A DNA stretch of 32,000 nucleotides from an uncultured Chloroflexia bacterium (GTDB lineage: Bacteria; Chloroflexota; Ktedonobacteria; Ktedonobacterales; JADMIN01). The stretch covers positions 330,001 through 362,000 of the forward strand of contig CAVRAI010000003.1 of the NCBI GenBank assembly GCA_963718915.1. Direction: 5' to 3'. The position numbers were made by a program, and so were the translations under genes. Positions 7,546 through 14,946 of the stretch are shown here, piece by piece. Numbering within the stretch: position 1 is the stretch's first letter; each line of letters begins with the position of its first letter. Below the pieces are notes generated by a model, which was given only the letters and a program-made list of their open reading frames with translations, searched no databases and was not told the DNA's origin.

Positions 7546-8664
7546 GTGGCGAAACAGGCGAGCGGCGGCATCAACATCTCCCAGGCGCTCGGTATGCTGA
7601 CCCGGCGGCAAATCATCACGCTAGGCATCGCCGTCGTGGCAACCGCGCTGGCGGGCATCCTCCATTTCGCGGAGGCAAACGCCGTGCTGACGTTTGTCGT
7701 CGCGGGCGTGGCGCTGGCGACGCTGGCCGCGCTGGTTGGCGACGCCACCGAGCAACTGGGCACGCGGCTCGGCCCCGGCGCGACGGGAGTGCTGCAATCC
7801 GCGCTGGGCAACCTGCCCGAACTCTTCGTCGGCATCTTCGCCCTGCGCGCTGGACTGGTGGATGTGGTGCAGAGCGCGCTGATTGGCTCGATTCTGGGCA
7901 ATAGCGTGCTGGTGCTGGGGCTGGCCTTCCTGGTGGGTGGCTTGCGTCACGGCGAGCAGAAATTCTCCTCGGATCCGCCGCGCATGATGGTCACACTCAC
8001 CTTGCTCGCGGTGGCGGCGCTGGCCATCCCGACGTTGGCATCCCTGCTACATACTCCTGCCCAGCCGCACAGCGAGGGGTTGAGCATCGCCTGCGCCATT
8101 ATCTTGCTGCTCGTCTTCCTCGCCAGCATCCCCGTCTCGCTGGCGGGTGGTCCGGCCAGTCTGCCTGGAGAACCGCCAGAGGCGGTCGAGGCCACCAGCC
8201 ACATCTGGCCGGTCTGGCTCGCCGTCGCCATCCTCGTCGTCGCGGCGCTGGGCGCGGCGTTCGTCTCCGAATGGTTTATCACGGCGCTGGAGCCGACGAT
8301 AGCGGTCCTCCATCTCTCGCAGACGTTCACTGGTCTGGTGATCGTCGCCCTCGCGGGCAACGCCGTCGAGCATGTCGTCGGCATCCAGTTGATGGCGGCG
8401 AACAAGCCCGATTATGCCATCAGCGTCATCATGAACAGCTCGCTCCAGATCGCGCTCTTTCTGATCCCCGTGCTGGTGCTGCTCAGCCTGGTGCTCGGCG
8501 GCGCATACCTGACGCTGGTGGTCTCGCCGCTGCTGCTGGTCGCGCTGGGGCTGGCTGCGCTGCTGGGCACGATCATCATCTACGACGGCAAATCCACGTG
8601 GCTGGAGGGCCTCGCGCTCGTCGGCCTCTACTGCATCATCGCCATCTCGTTCTGGTGGGGCTAG
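7546..8664 (+). CDS. cax: Ca2+/H+ antiporter (CaCA/CAX family)
   Basis: Two alpha-repeat signatures: GNLPELFVGIFALRAGLVDVVQSALIGSILGNSVLVLG and GNAVEHVVGIQLMAANKPDYAISVIMNSSLQIALFLIP. About 11 TM segments. GTG start with GAGGAGGG 5 nt upstream. Confidence 0.9.
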   Translation: MAKQASGGINISQALGMLTRRQIITLGIAVVATALAGILHFAEANAVLTFVVAGVALATLAALVGDATEQLGTRLGPGATGVLQSALGNLPELFVGIFALRAGLVDVVQSALIGSILGNSVLVLGLAFLVGGLRHGEQKFSSDPPRMMVTLTLLAVAALAIPTLASLLHTPAQPHSEGLSIACAIILLLVFLASIPVSLAGGPASLPGEPPEAVEATSHIWPVWLAVAILVVAALGAAFVSEWFITALEPTIAVLHLSQTFTGLVIVALAGNAVEHVVGIQLMAANKPDYAISVIMNSSLQIALFLIPVLVLLSLVLGGAYLTLVVSPLLLVALGLAALLGTIIIYDGKSTWLEGLALVGLYCIIAISFWWG

Positions 8665-8847
8665 AGCAGTTAGACTGAACTCGTCGCTGGCCGTCTCTAA
8701 TCTGCACACGCCATCTCCCCTACACTGACGCCGCCGATGGCTATCAGCACGCACGCGCATGCGCTCAATACACCATCAACGCTACGGTTTCTGCCTGTCT
8801 CTGTGTCATCGCGCGATACCCTCGATCACCTTCAATTACGCTAACTA

Positions 8848-8876
8848 TTGACAATCACTGATAATTCATGATAATA
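8848..8876 (+). promoter_or_regulatory. Sigma70-type promoter of the XRE gene with overlapping TGATAA repeats
   Basis: TTGACA (8848-8853), a 17-nt spacer, then ATAATA (8871-8876). TGATAA hexamers start at 8859, 8869 and 8883, the last within the perfect palindrome TGATAAcTTATCA (8883-8895). Confidence 0.5.
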
Positions 8877-8996
8877 AATTGGTGATAACTTATCAGCTCT
8901 CGTGACACTTCATGAAAAGAAAATAGCAACATATTGCGATAAGCTATGATAGAAAGGGGATTACTCATGATTGCTACTGGATGAAGAGAGAGTGTT

Positions 8997-9224
8997 ATGC
9001 CAACTCCAAAGAGCCGCATCTATCTTCCATACTTGCAGGCATGGCGACTCCATGCGCTGTTGACTCAGGACCAACTAGCGGAGGCGTCAGGCGTCGGGAA
9101 GGCCACGGTGGTACGTGCCGAGGGAAATAGCCTTGTCAACGCGCTCACGGCAGCGCGAATCGCCAGAGCATTGAACATCACCCTAAAGCAATTGGAGATG
9201 ACAGAGCCAGAGGGCGGCGAGTAA
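8997..9224 (+). CDS. XRE-family helix-turn-helix transcriptional regulator (phage repressor-like)
   Basis: LTQDQLAEASGVGKATVVRAEGNSLVNALTAARIARALNITLKQL is a typical HTH_3/XRE motif in a 75-aa protein. Confidence 0.85.
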   Translation: MPTPKSRIYLPYLQAWRLHALLTQDQLAEASGVGKATVVRAEGNSLVNALTAARIARALNITLKQLEMTEPEGGE

Positions 9225-9283
9225 AAGGGAAAGATTTACCTTGAAGAAAGTCAGGTAAATATATTGCATTGTGAGGAAGGGGT

Positions 9284-10180
9284 GTGACACACCCCCCTAT
9301 GGGAAAGGTCGAAATCATGGGCGATGACACCGGGCAGGCGTTAAAGCCAGTGGAGCAGGATACTATCATGTTCTACGGCCATGAGCTAGTCGCCGTGCGC
9401 CTGGCAGATGGGCGGATCGCGGCGGTACTCCGCTGGCTCTTTGAGAGTCTGAATCTGGAGCGTAGAGGCCAGATGCAGCGCATCGAACGCAAGACAGCGT
9501 TGCGCAAGGGTTTGATTAATGTGGAAGTGGACACGCCCGGCGGCCCACAAATTATGTCCGCCCTGACGTTACAGGTATTGCCCGGCTACCTCTTCACAAT
9601 TGACGAAAGCCGCGTCAAAGAGGAAGCCCGCGCCGATGTGATTCTGTTCCAAGAGGAATGCGTTGCGGCGCTCGCCGAGCATTTCACCCGCAAGCATCCA
9701 CCAGCCCTCCCGTCGGCAACAGATGCCACAGCGGCAACGGTCATCATCGAGCAGATCGCCGACTTAACCGGTGTTATCAACCTATTGCGCGAACATTTGG
9801 AGATGCTGTTGGTGTTGCCCAGCCAGGTGGCCGAACTCTCGGTAGAGGTCAGTGAGACACGGGTATTGGTCGAGTCACTAGCAACGCGGCAAGACGCCAC
9901 GGAAACGCACCTGGCAGCAGTCGACGCGCGCACCCAACGCCTGACACCAGCGCATGCGCGGGCGGTACAGGAGATGGTGAATCGTATGGTGCGCGAGACA
10001 AGACACAGCGCGACGCCATTCACCTATGCCATCATCTACGGCAAGTTGAAGACACGCTTTCAGGCAGGCAGCTACAATGAGATCGCAGATAGTCGCTTCG
10101 ACGATCTGATGGCATGGCTACGTGAGGCGCTCAACAACGCGACGAGCGGAGAAGCGCCTGAGCAGGGGAGTCTGTTCTGA
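9284..10180 (+). CDS. Phage antirepressor-like protein (P22_AR_N-like N-terminal domain plus ORF6C-like C-terminal domain)
   Basis: IMFYGHELVAVRLADGRIAAVLRWLFESLNLERRGQMQRI...GGPQIMSALTLQVLPGYLFTIDESRVKEEARADVILFQEECVAALAEHF fits the P22 antirepressor N-terminal pattern (F.G..L...G...V......LGL....Q...I......G.Q.M..L.L..LPGWLF.I....V....R..L..YQ.EC). The C-terminus (LTPAHARAVQEMVNRMV...YGKLKTRFQAGSYNEIADSRFDDLMAWL) is ORF6C-like. The start is uncertain: GTG 9284, ATG 9299 or ATG 9317. Confidence 0.7.
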   Translation: MTHPPMGKVEIMGDDTGQALKPVEQDTIMFYGHELVAVRLADGRIAAVLRWLFESLNLERRGQMQRIERKTALRKGLINVEVDTPGGPQIMSALTLQVLPGYLFTIDESRVKEEARADVILFQEECVAALAEHFTRKHPPALPSATDATAATVIIEQIADLTGVINLLREHLEMLLVLPSQVAELSVEVSETRVLVESLATRQDATETHLAAVDARTQRLTPAHARAVQEMVNRMVRETRHSATPFTYAIIYGKLKTRFQAGSYNEIADSRFDDLMAWLREALNNATSGEAPEQGSLF

Positions 10181-10210
10181 GAAGAAGCGCACACATCCGC
10201 GCCCGCTGCA

Positions 10211-10293
10211 CTGCTGCTTGTCGCGCTGGGGCTGGCCGCGCTGCTGGGCTGTATTGCATCTGCATCATCGCCGTCTCGTTCTGGTGGGGATGA
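10211..10293 (+). pseudogene. Displaced, internally deleted fragment of the cax 3' end (right-hand repeat of the insertion)
   Basis: It encodes ...LLLVALGLAALLG and ...CIIAVSFWWG* (the intact gene has ...LLLVALGLAALLG...YCIIAISFWWG*). About 62 nt between the two blocks are replaced by tgtattgcat. Confidence 0.75.
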
Positions 10294-10300
10294 GACCAGG

Positions 10301-11089
10301 TCAGTTCGCTCCCAGATCAGCTTTCTGTTCGGCTTCCTGCTCCACCTGCTCCATCTTCTTCACATCCGCTTTCGCCTTTTCAAGCAACGTTTGCTCCGCT
10401 TTCATGCTGAGCGTCCGGCGATAATAGCGCACAGCCCAGGCCATCATGATGACGAAGGCCACAAAAGCCGCCGCCGCCGACTGCCAGATACCGAGCGTGG
10501 CGATCCGCGTACCAGGAAAGTTGGCGATGAGCAATTCGTCAGTCATGAAGGCGCTTCCTCCGAAGCAGAGCGCGCCGATAAACCCCACCATGTAGCAAAC
10601 AACGAATGTTGCGCTGCCTCGGCGATCACCTTTCGGTATCCCCTTGAGCCGCCAGCGAAAGACATACTGGACAGCAGGTATCTGCTCCTCGAACTCCTGA
10701 ATATAGAACTCTTTGATGACATTCATCGCGATCAGACTCTCGCGGAACGCCTGTCGCAGCCGAATCAGCAGCACAAAGAAGGCGACGCCCGCCACCCCCG
10801 CCGCGAGCATCACAACAGCGGCAATCGGCTGGATGAAGCTGCGCGCCCCACCCAGCGGATAGACTGCGCCAAAGGCCGAGCCGAGGATACCGACCACCAG
10901 CAGATACATGTTGAACATGCGCGCGCGATCTTCCATCGCCTGATATGCCGTCGTCGAGGCGTAGTTGAACTCCTCCAGCAGCATGCTCTCAATCTTCAGC
11001 CCGCTGTCGCGCTTCCCGCCACCGTCTCCATCGTCCTTACGGTACGATGGAGTTCGCTGCGCTGGCGGGTTGGTCATATCCATCGGCAT
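10301..11089 (-). CDS. Uncharacterised 4-TM membrane protein with a charged coiled-coil-like tail; paralogue of the C-terminal half of the adjacent NUDIX protein
   Basis: LKIESMLLEEFNYASTTAYQAMEDRARMFNMYL...LIRLRQAFRESLIAMNVIKEFYIQEFEEQIPAVQYVFRWR aligns with LKLESIMLAEFNYASSTAYQALEDRGRMFNFYL...IVRIRQAFNDSLLTMNVIKDRYIGEFKASIPDVEKIFRWR in the upstream gene. RBS GAGGAG lies 8 nt before ATG 11089, and a 45-nt gap separates it from the upstream gene. Confidence 0.75.
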   Translation of the reverse strand: MPMDMTNPPAQRTPSYRKDDGDGGGKRDSGLKIESMLLEEFNYASTTAYQAMEDRARMFNMYLLVVGILGSAFGAVYPLGGARSFIQPIAAVVMLAAGVAGVAFFVLLIRLRQAFRESLIAMNVIKEFYIQEFEEQIPAVQYVFRWRLKGIPKGDRRGSATFVVCYMVGFIGALCFGGSAFMTDELLIANFPGTRIATLGIWQSAAAAFVAFVIMMAWAVRYYRRTLSMKAEQTLLEKAKADVKKMEQVEQEAEQKADLGAN

Positions 11090-11134
11090 CGCGCACGCTC
11101 CTCATCATCATTCGAGACATCAGGCTGAAAGACC

Positions 11135-12454
11135 CTACGCATCCGTCTTTTCTTTCGCCTGCTTCGCAGCCGCGTCCGCGCCAGTCTTCCGCAGCATCCC
11201 CTCATAGAAAATGGTCTGAATCAGCCACGCCAGCGCCAACGCGCCTCCGCCAATAAGGTAGGTGACCAGATTTGTGGAGAGATGCAGGGTATCCGTGTTC
11301 GCATCACTCGTGATAAGTTCCGTGACGACAACGGCAGCAAGGCCGATTGCGACACTATCAATGAATGACACACCAAAACATACGAGAAAGGTCAGGCTGC
11401 CAAAGCGCCGACCAGAAGGCATGGTCATTGTGCGCCAGCGAAATATCTTCTCGACATCGGGAATGCTCGCCTTGAATTCGCCGATGTAACGGTCTTTAAT
11501 GACGTTCATCGTCAGCAGGCTATCGTTGAATGCCTGGCGAATGCGAACGATCTTGAAGAAGAAGATGATACCGATGAACCCCGCCAGCACGAGAAGCGCA
11601 AGGGCGAGGTATTCGGAGTGATTGACTTTGCCGCCAAACCCATAGAGCGCGCCCAGACCGCTCGCCAGCACGCCAGTGATGCCAAGGTAGAAGTTAAACA
11701 TGCGCCCGCGATCCTCCAGCGCCTGATACGCCGTCGAACTGGCGTAGTTGAACTCGGCGAGCATGATGCTTTCGAGTTTCAGCGTCTGGTCGGTATTGGT
11801 TGCCGGGTCATGCTGACCAGCGGTGGGCGGTTGCATCGGATACTGGTTACTAGGAGAAAATGGCATTGCGGCTCCTCCAGGTATATCAGAAGATTGCGCC
11901 AGCGCATTCCGCGCCAGCAACAGTCCGAGCACAGTTTTGCTGTCGTCAATCTCGCCTGACTGGCATCGCGCCAGCGCGTCACTCAATGACACCCAGGCGA
12001 CGCCACTAATCTCCGTGGGATCTTGCGGACCAGATTGGCCCGGCGCCGACCGCAGATCGGTCGCGAGGTAGAGCGAAATCGTCTCGTTGGTGAATCCCGG
12101 CGAGGTATAGGTGCGCACCAGGAAGCGCATTGCCCCGGCGTCGTACCCGGTTTCCTCGCGCAGCTCGCGGCGAGCGGTCTGCTCTGGCTGGCCTGCCTCG
12201 GCAGGATTTATCAGCCCGGCGGGAAGCTCCCAGGTGCTGCGGTCGATCGCTGGACGCTCCTGCTGCACCAGCGCCACCAGTTGCGCGTCCGCATGCGCGG
12301 GATCGGCCCGCAGCGCGACAATCGCGACGGCGCCGGGATGCTCGACCACGTCGAACTGCGTGCGGCCACCACTGGGCGCGGGAAGTGTCCGTCGTAAGAC
12401 CCGTATCAGCGAGCCGCGATAGACCTCTTCGTCGGAGTATTGCTGTGGCTGCAT
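11135..12454 (-). CDS. NUDIX hydrolase (ADP-ribose pyrophosphatase/NudF-like) fused to an uncharacterised 4-TM membrane module
   Basis: The N-terminal half reads YSDEEVYRGSLIRVLRRTLPAPSGGRTQFDVVEHPGAVAIVAL...WELPAGLINPAEAGQPEQTARRELREETGYDA, with the NUDIX box core RELREETGY intact. The C-terminal ~220 aa are paralogous to 10301..11089. I chose ATG 12454 as the start (GGGAGGGGG upstream); the ORF is open to 12565. Confidence 0.8.
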   Translation of the reverse strand: MQPQQYSDEEVYRGSLIRVLRRTLPAPSGGRTQFDVVEHPGAVAIVALRADPAHADAQLVALVQQERPAIDRSTWELPAGLINPAEAGQPEQTARRELREETGYDAGAMRFLVRTYTSPGFTNETISLYLATDLRSAPGQSGPQDPTEISGVAWVSLSDALARCQSGEIDDSKTVLGLLLARNALAQSSDIPGGAAMPFSPSNQYPMQPPTAGQHDPATNTDQTLKLESIMLAEFNYASSTAYQALEDRGRMFNFYLGITGVLASGLGALYGFGGKVNHSEYLALALLVLAGFIGIIFFFKIVRIRQAFNDSLLTMNVIKDRYIGEFKASIPDVEKIFRWRTMTMPSGRRFGSLTFLVCFGVSFIDSVAIGLAAVVVTELITSDANTDTLHLSTNLVTYLIGGGALALAWLIQTIFYEGMLRKTGADAAAKQAKEKTDA

Positions 12455-12654
12455 AGCATTCCCCCTCCCTCGGCGGCAGGTTGCACGCCAAGTGGTTCGC
12501 TTGTTGTTGTAGTCGAGGTGCAGCATAGCATGTTTGGCCGCCTGCGTGAAGCCCCTGGCCCGCAAGTGGTTAAATGTGGAGGACTATGGCGCCCTAGCAA
12601 ACGGCCTTGAGAGCGCTGGGAGACAGGCAAAATTGGCGCACTATTCAGGAGCTT

Positions 12655-14946
12655 ATGACAGAGGGCATCACTTCGGCAAAAGAGACCAGGCGCCTGGAGC
12701 AATCCAGTGACGCGAAGGCGAGAACTCGTTCCTGGCTCGCGCGGTTCACCTGGGCGCGCTATCCAGAGTTTTGGATCATCGTGCTGGTCGCGGCGTTTCT
12801 GCGGCTGTGGCAGCTAGACCACTCACAGTGGCTCGACGACCAGGCGCAACTGCTGACGATGGCCCGCGACGCCTGGCTGCATGGCGCGCTGCCCATCACC
12901 GGGATTCGCTCCTCGATTGGCACGCTCAACCCGCCGCTCAGCGTCTACATGCTGATGCCGTTCTTCCTCTTCACCAAAAGCCCGCTGCCCGCGCTGATCG
13001 GGCTGGCGCTCTGGAATATCTTCGGCGTCGCGCTCTGCTATATCTTCGCGCTACGCTTTTTCTCACGAAGGGCCGCGTTCTGCTCAGCGCTCATCTTTGC
13101 CTGTTGTGGCGCGGCCATCAACTATAGCCGCTTCATCTGGCAACAGAACTACCTGCCGCCGCTGCTGCTGCTCTGGGCGTTCACGCTCTACGCCGGGGTC
13201 GTGCGCGAGCGGCGCAACTGGCTGGCGCTCCATCTGCTGCTGCTGGTCATGATTATCTCGCTACACCCCACCGGGCTGACGCTGCTGGCCGTCACCGCCG
13301 TCGCGCTGCTCATCGCGCCACACTGGCCGACCCGCCGCGACACACTGCTGGGCGTTGGCCTGGTCATTTTGCTGCTGCTGCCCACCATCCTCTGGGAACT
13401 GATGAGCGGCTTCTCTGACGCACAACTCTTACGCCAGTTCACCCAGCAGTCGCCCGTCTTCAATAGCGATGTCTTTCACGCGCTCTACCATCTGCTCGGC
13501 GCGCCCGCCTATCCTGGCCCCGGAACCAATACGCCCTATCCCGCCATCCTCGACACCGCCCTCTACGCCCGCATTGGCGGCATGAACATTGCCATTCAGA
13601 ATGCGGCGATGGCGCTCTATATCACCTGCTACCTGGTGCTGTCGATCCTGGCGCTGGCCCCGTTGCGGCGCGTGCGCGTTGGGGGAGTTGCGACTGGCTG
13701 GCGGCGCGTGTGGGGATGGCTGGTGGCGCTGCGGGCGGCGCTCCAGGCGGATGCGCGCTGGCGTTCCTATCTCCTGCTCTGGGTCTGGCTGACCATTCCG
13801 CCGCTGACGATGCTGCGCCACGGCAAGACAGTGCAGCCGCACTATCTGTTCATCCTTTATCCTGCCTTCTTCCTCTCCATCGGCGTCGCGGTTGACGCCA
13901 TCATTCGCGAGGCCCCGCGCGTGCTATCCGCGCTTCACATCCAGCTACGCCAGGCACAGCGGGCCGTCGCCGGGGGAGCGCTGGCGGTCGTGCTGCTGGT
14001 GGCGCTGGGACAGGGTGCGCAGTCCGCCCTCTTTATCGCGGCGGTCGGCGGCAATCAGGTCAGCACGGTCAACTTTGGCTACCCGCTGAATCAGCTCCTC
14101 GCCGCGGATAGCGCGCTCGCGACGATCCAGCGAGAACAACACGCGGGCAGCATCTTCGTCAGTATGCCCTCGCGCTACACCGCCTCGGCGATGGACTCCA
14201 CGCTCATCCGCGAGGAGGCCGACCGCACTGGTGTCACGGGCGACTGCCTCGCGCTACCCGACGCGCAGGCTGGCCCGACGCTGGTGGTCTCGACACGGGC
14301 GGCCAGCCCGCAGGGACAATTGCTGGCGACGCTGCCCAACGCTACGCGCGTTCAGGATATTGCTATGCCAGGGGATGAGCCGCTGGTCATCTATCGCCTG
14401 AGCGGGCCAACGCCGCTGCTATCGGATGAGCGCGCACTGCCCTCCGCCACCTGGCAGGATGGAAGTGGCGATACACTGCGTCTGGTGGCTGGCGCGCGCG
14501 TAGCGCCTGGCGTTATCCGGCTGCGCTGGGTCGTCGGAAATTGGACAATTCCTCATGATGTGAATGGCGAAGACACCACCGCGATGCCGCAATTCGAGAT
14601 ACAACTTCGGCGTGCCGGGCAGGGCGACGCGCAGGCGAACGCTCCGGTGGCTCGGGCCACCTGCCAGCCGACGCGCTTGCAGCCGGGCGAAACGCTCTTC
14701 ACCTGGGTCTCGACCGCATGGAACGCCAACGGAACCAGCCTCACCGCCGTCGCGCCGCCGCTGCCAGCCTCGCTGCTGACGTTATCGGCGCTGCACGGGG
14801 AGCCGTCACTCTGGCAGGGTCGGTTTGGGCCGCTGCGGGTATTCTCGGCGGCGCCGGTGGGGGGGCCACTCACGCCGATGTCCACCACGAGCGCGAACGG
14901 CGTCTATCAACTACCCGACGCCCTTACGAGGAGCAGCGCGCCGTGA
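12655..14946 (+). CDS. GT-C fold glycosyltransferase, family 39/83-like (ArnT/PMT-type), with a large extracytoplasmic C-terminal domain
   Basis: WARYPEFWIIVLVAAFLRLWQLDHSQWLDDQAQLLTMARDAWLHGALPITGIRSSIGTLNPPLSVYMLMPF...ALCYIFALRFFSRRAAFCSALIFACCGAAINYSRFIWQQNYLPPLLL is a typical ArnT/PMT_2 N-terminal membrane core. It is paralogous to 16438..18957. The ORF is open from TTG 12607. Confidence 0.75.
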   Translation: MTEGITSAKETRRLEQSSDAKARTRSWLARFTWARYPEFWIIVLVAAFLRLWQLDHSQWLDDQAQLLTMARDAWLHGALPITGIRSSIGTLNPPLSVYMLMPFFLFTKSPLPALIGLALWNIFGVALCYIFALRFFSRRAAFCSALIFACCGAAINYSRFIWQQNYLPPLLLLWAFTLYAGVVRERRNWLALHLLLLVMIISLHPTGLTLLAVTAVALLIAPHWPTRRDTLLGVGLVILLLLPTILWELMSGFSDAQLLRQFTQQSPVFNSDVFHALYHLLGAPAYPGPGTNTPYPAILDTALYARIGGMNIAIQNAAMALYITCYLVLSILALAPLRRVRVGGVATGWRRVWGWLVALRAALQADARWRSYLLLWVWLTIPPLTMLRHGKTVQPHYLFILYPAFFLSIGVAVDAIIREAPRVLSALHIQLRQAQRAVAGGALAVVLLVALGQGAQSALFIAAVGGNQVSTVNFGYPLNQLLAADSALATIQREQHAGSIFVSMPSRYTASAMDSTLIREEADRTGVTGDCLALPDAQAGPTLVVSTRAASPQGQLLATLPNATRVQDIAMPGDEPLVIYRLSGPTPLLSDERALPSATWQDGSGDTLRLVAGARVAPGVIRLRWVVGNWTIPHDVNGEDTTAMPQFEIQLRRAGQGDAQANAPVARATCQPTRLQPGETLFTWVSTAWNANGTSLTAVAPPLPASLLTLSALHGEPSLWQGRFGPLRVFSAAPVGGPLTPMSTTSANGVYQLPDALTRSSAP

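Larger units (their letters stand above)
8665..10293 (+). mobile_element. Degraded integrated phage-like element bounded by a direct duplication of the cax 3' end
   Basis: 8530-8568 and 10211-10249 match at 37/39 nt. 8631-8660 and 10260-10289 match at 29/30 nt. The interior is AT-richer and carries only an XRE regulator and an antirepressor-like gene, with no integrase. Confidence 0.65.

Noticed and set aside
8047-8760. Long antisense or alternative-frame ORFs opposite real genes, e.g. 8047..8760(-), 1214..1816(-), 16318..17325(-), 21220..21885(-), 22196..23047(-), 25518..26144(-), 26256..27212(-), 3207..3947(+), 10391..11128(+), 15524..16243(+)
   Set aside because: Their translations are Arg/Gly/Pro/Ala/His-rich and low in complexity, with no domain signatures. 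They fully overlap genes that have clear homology or membrane-protein character. This is the expected stop-codon-poor artefact of GC-rich DNA.
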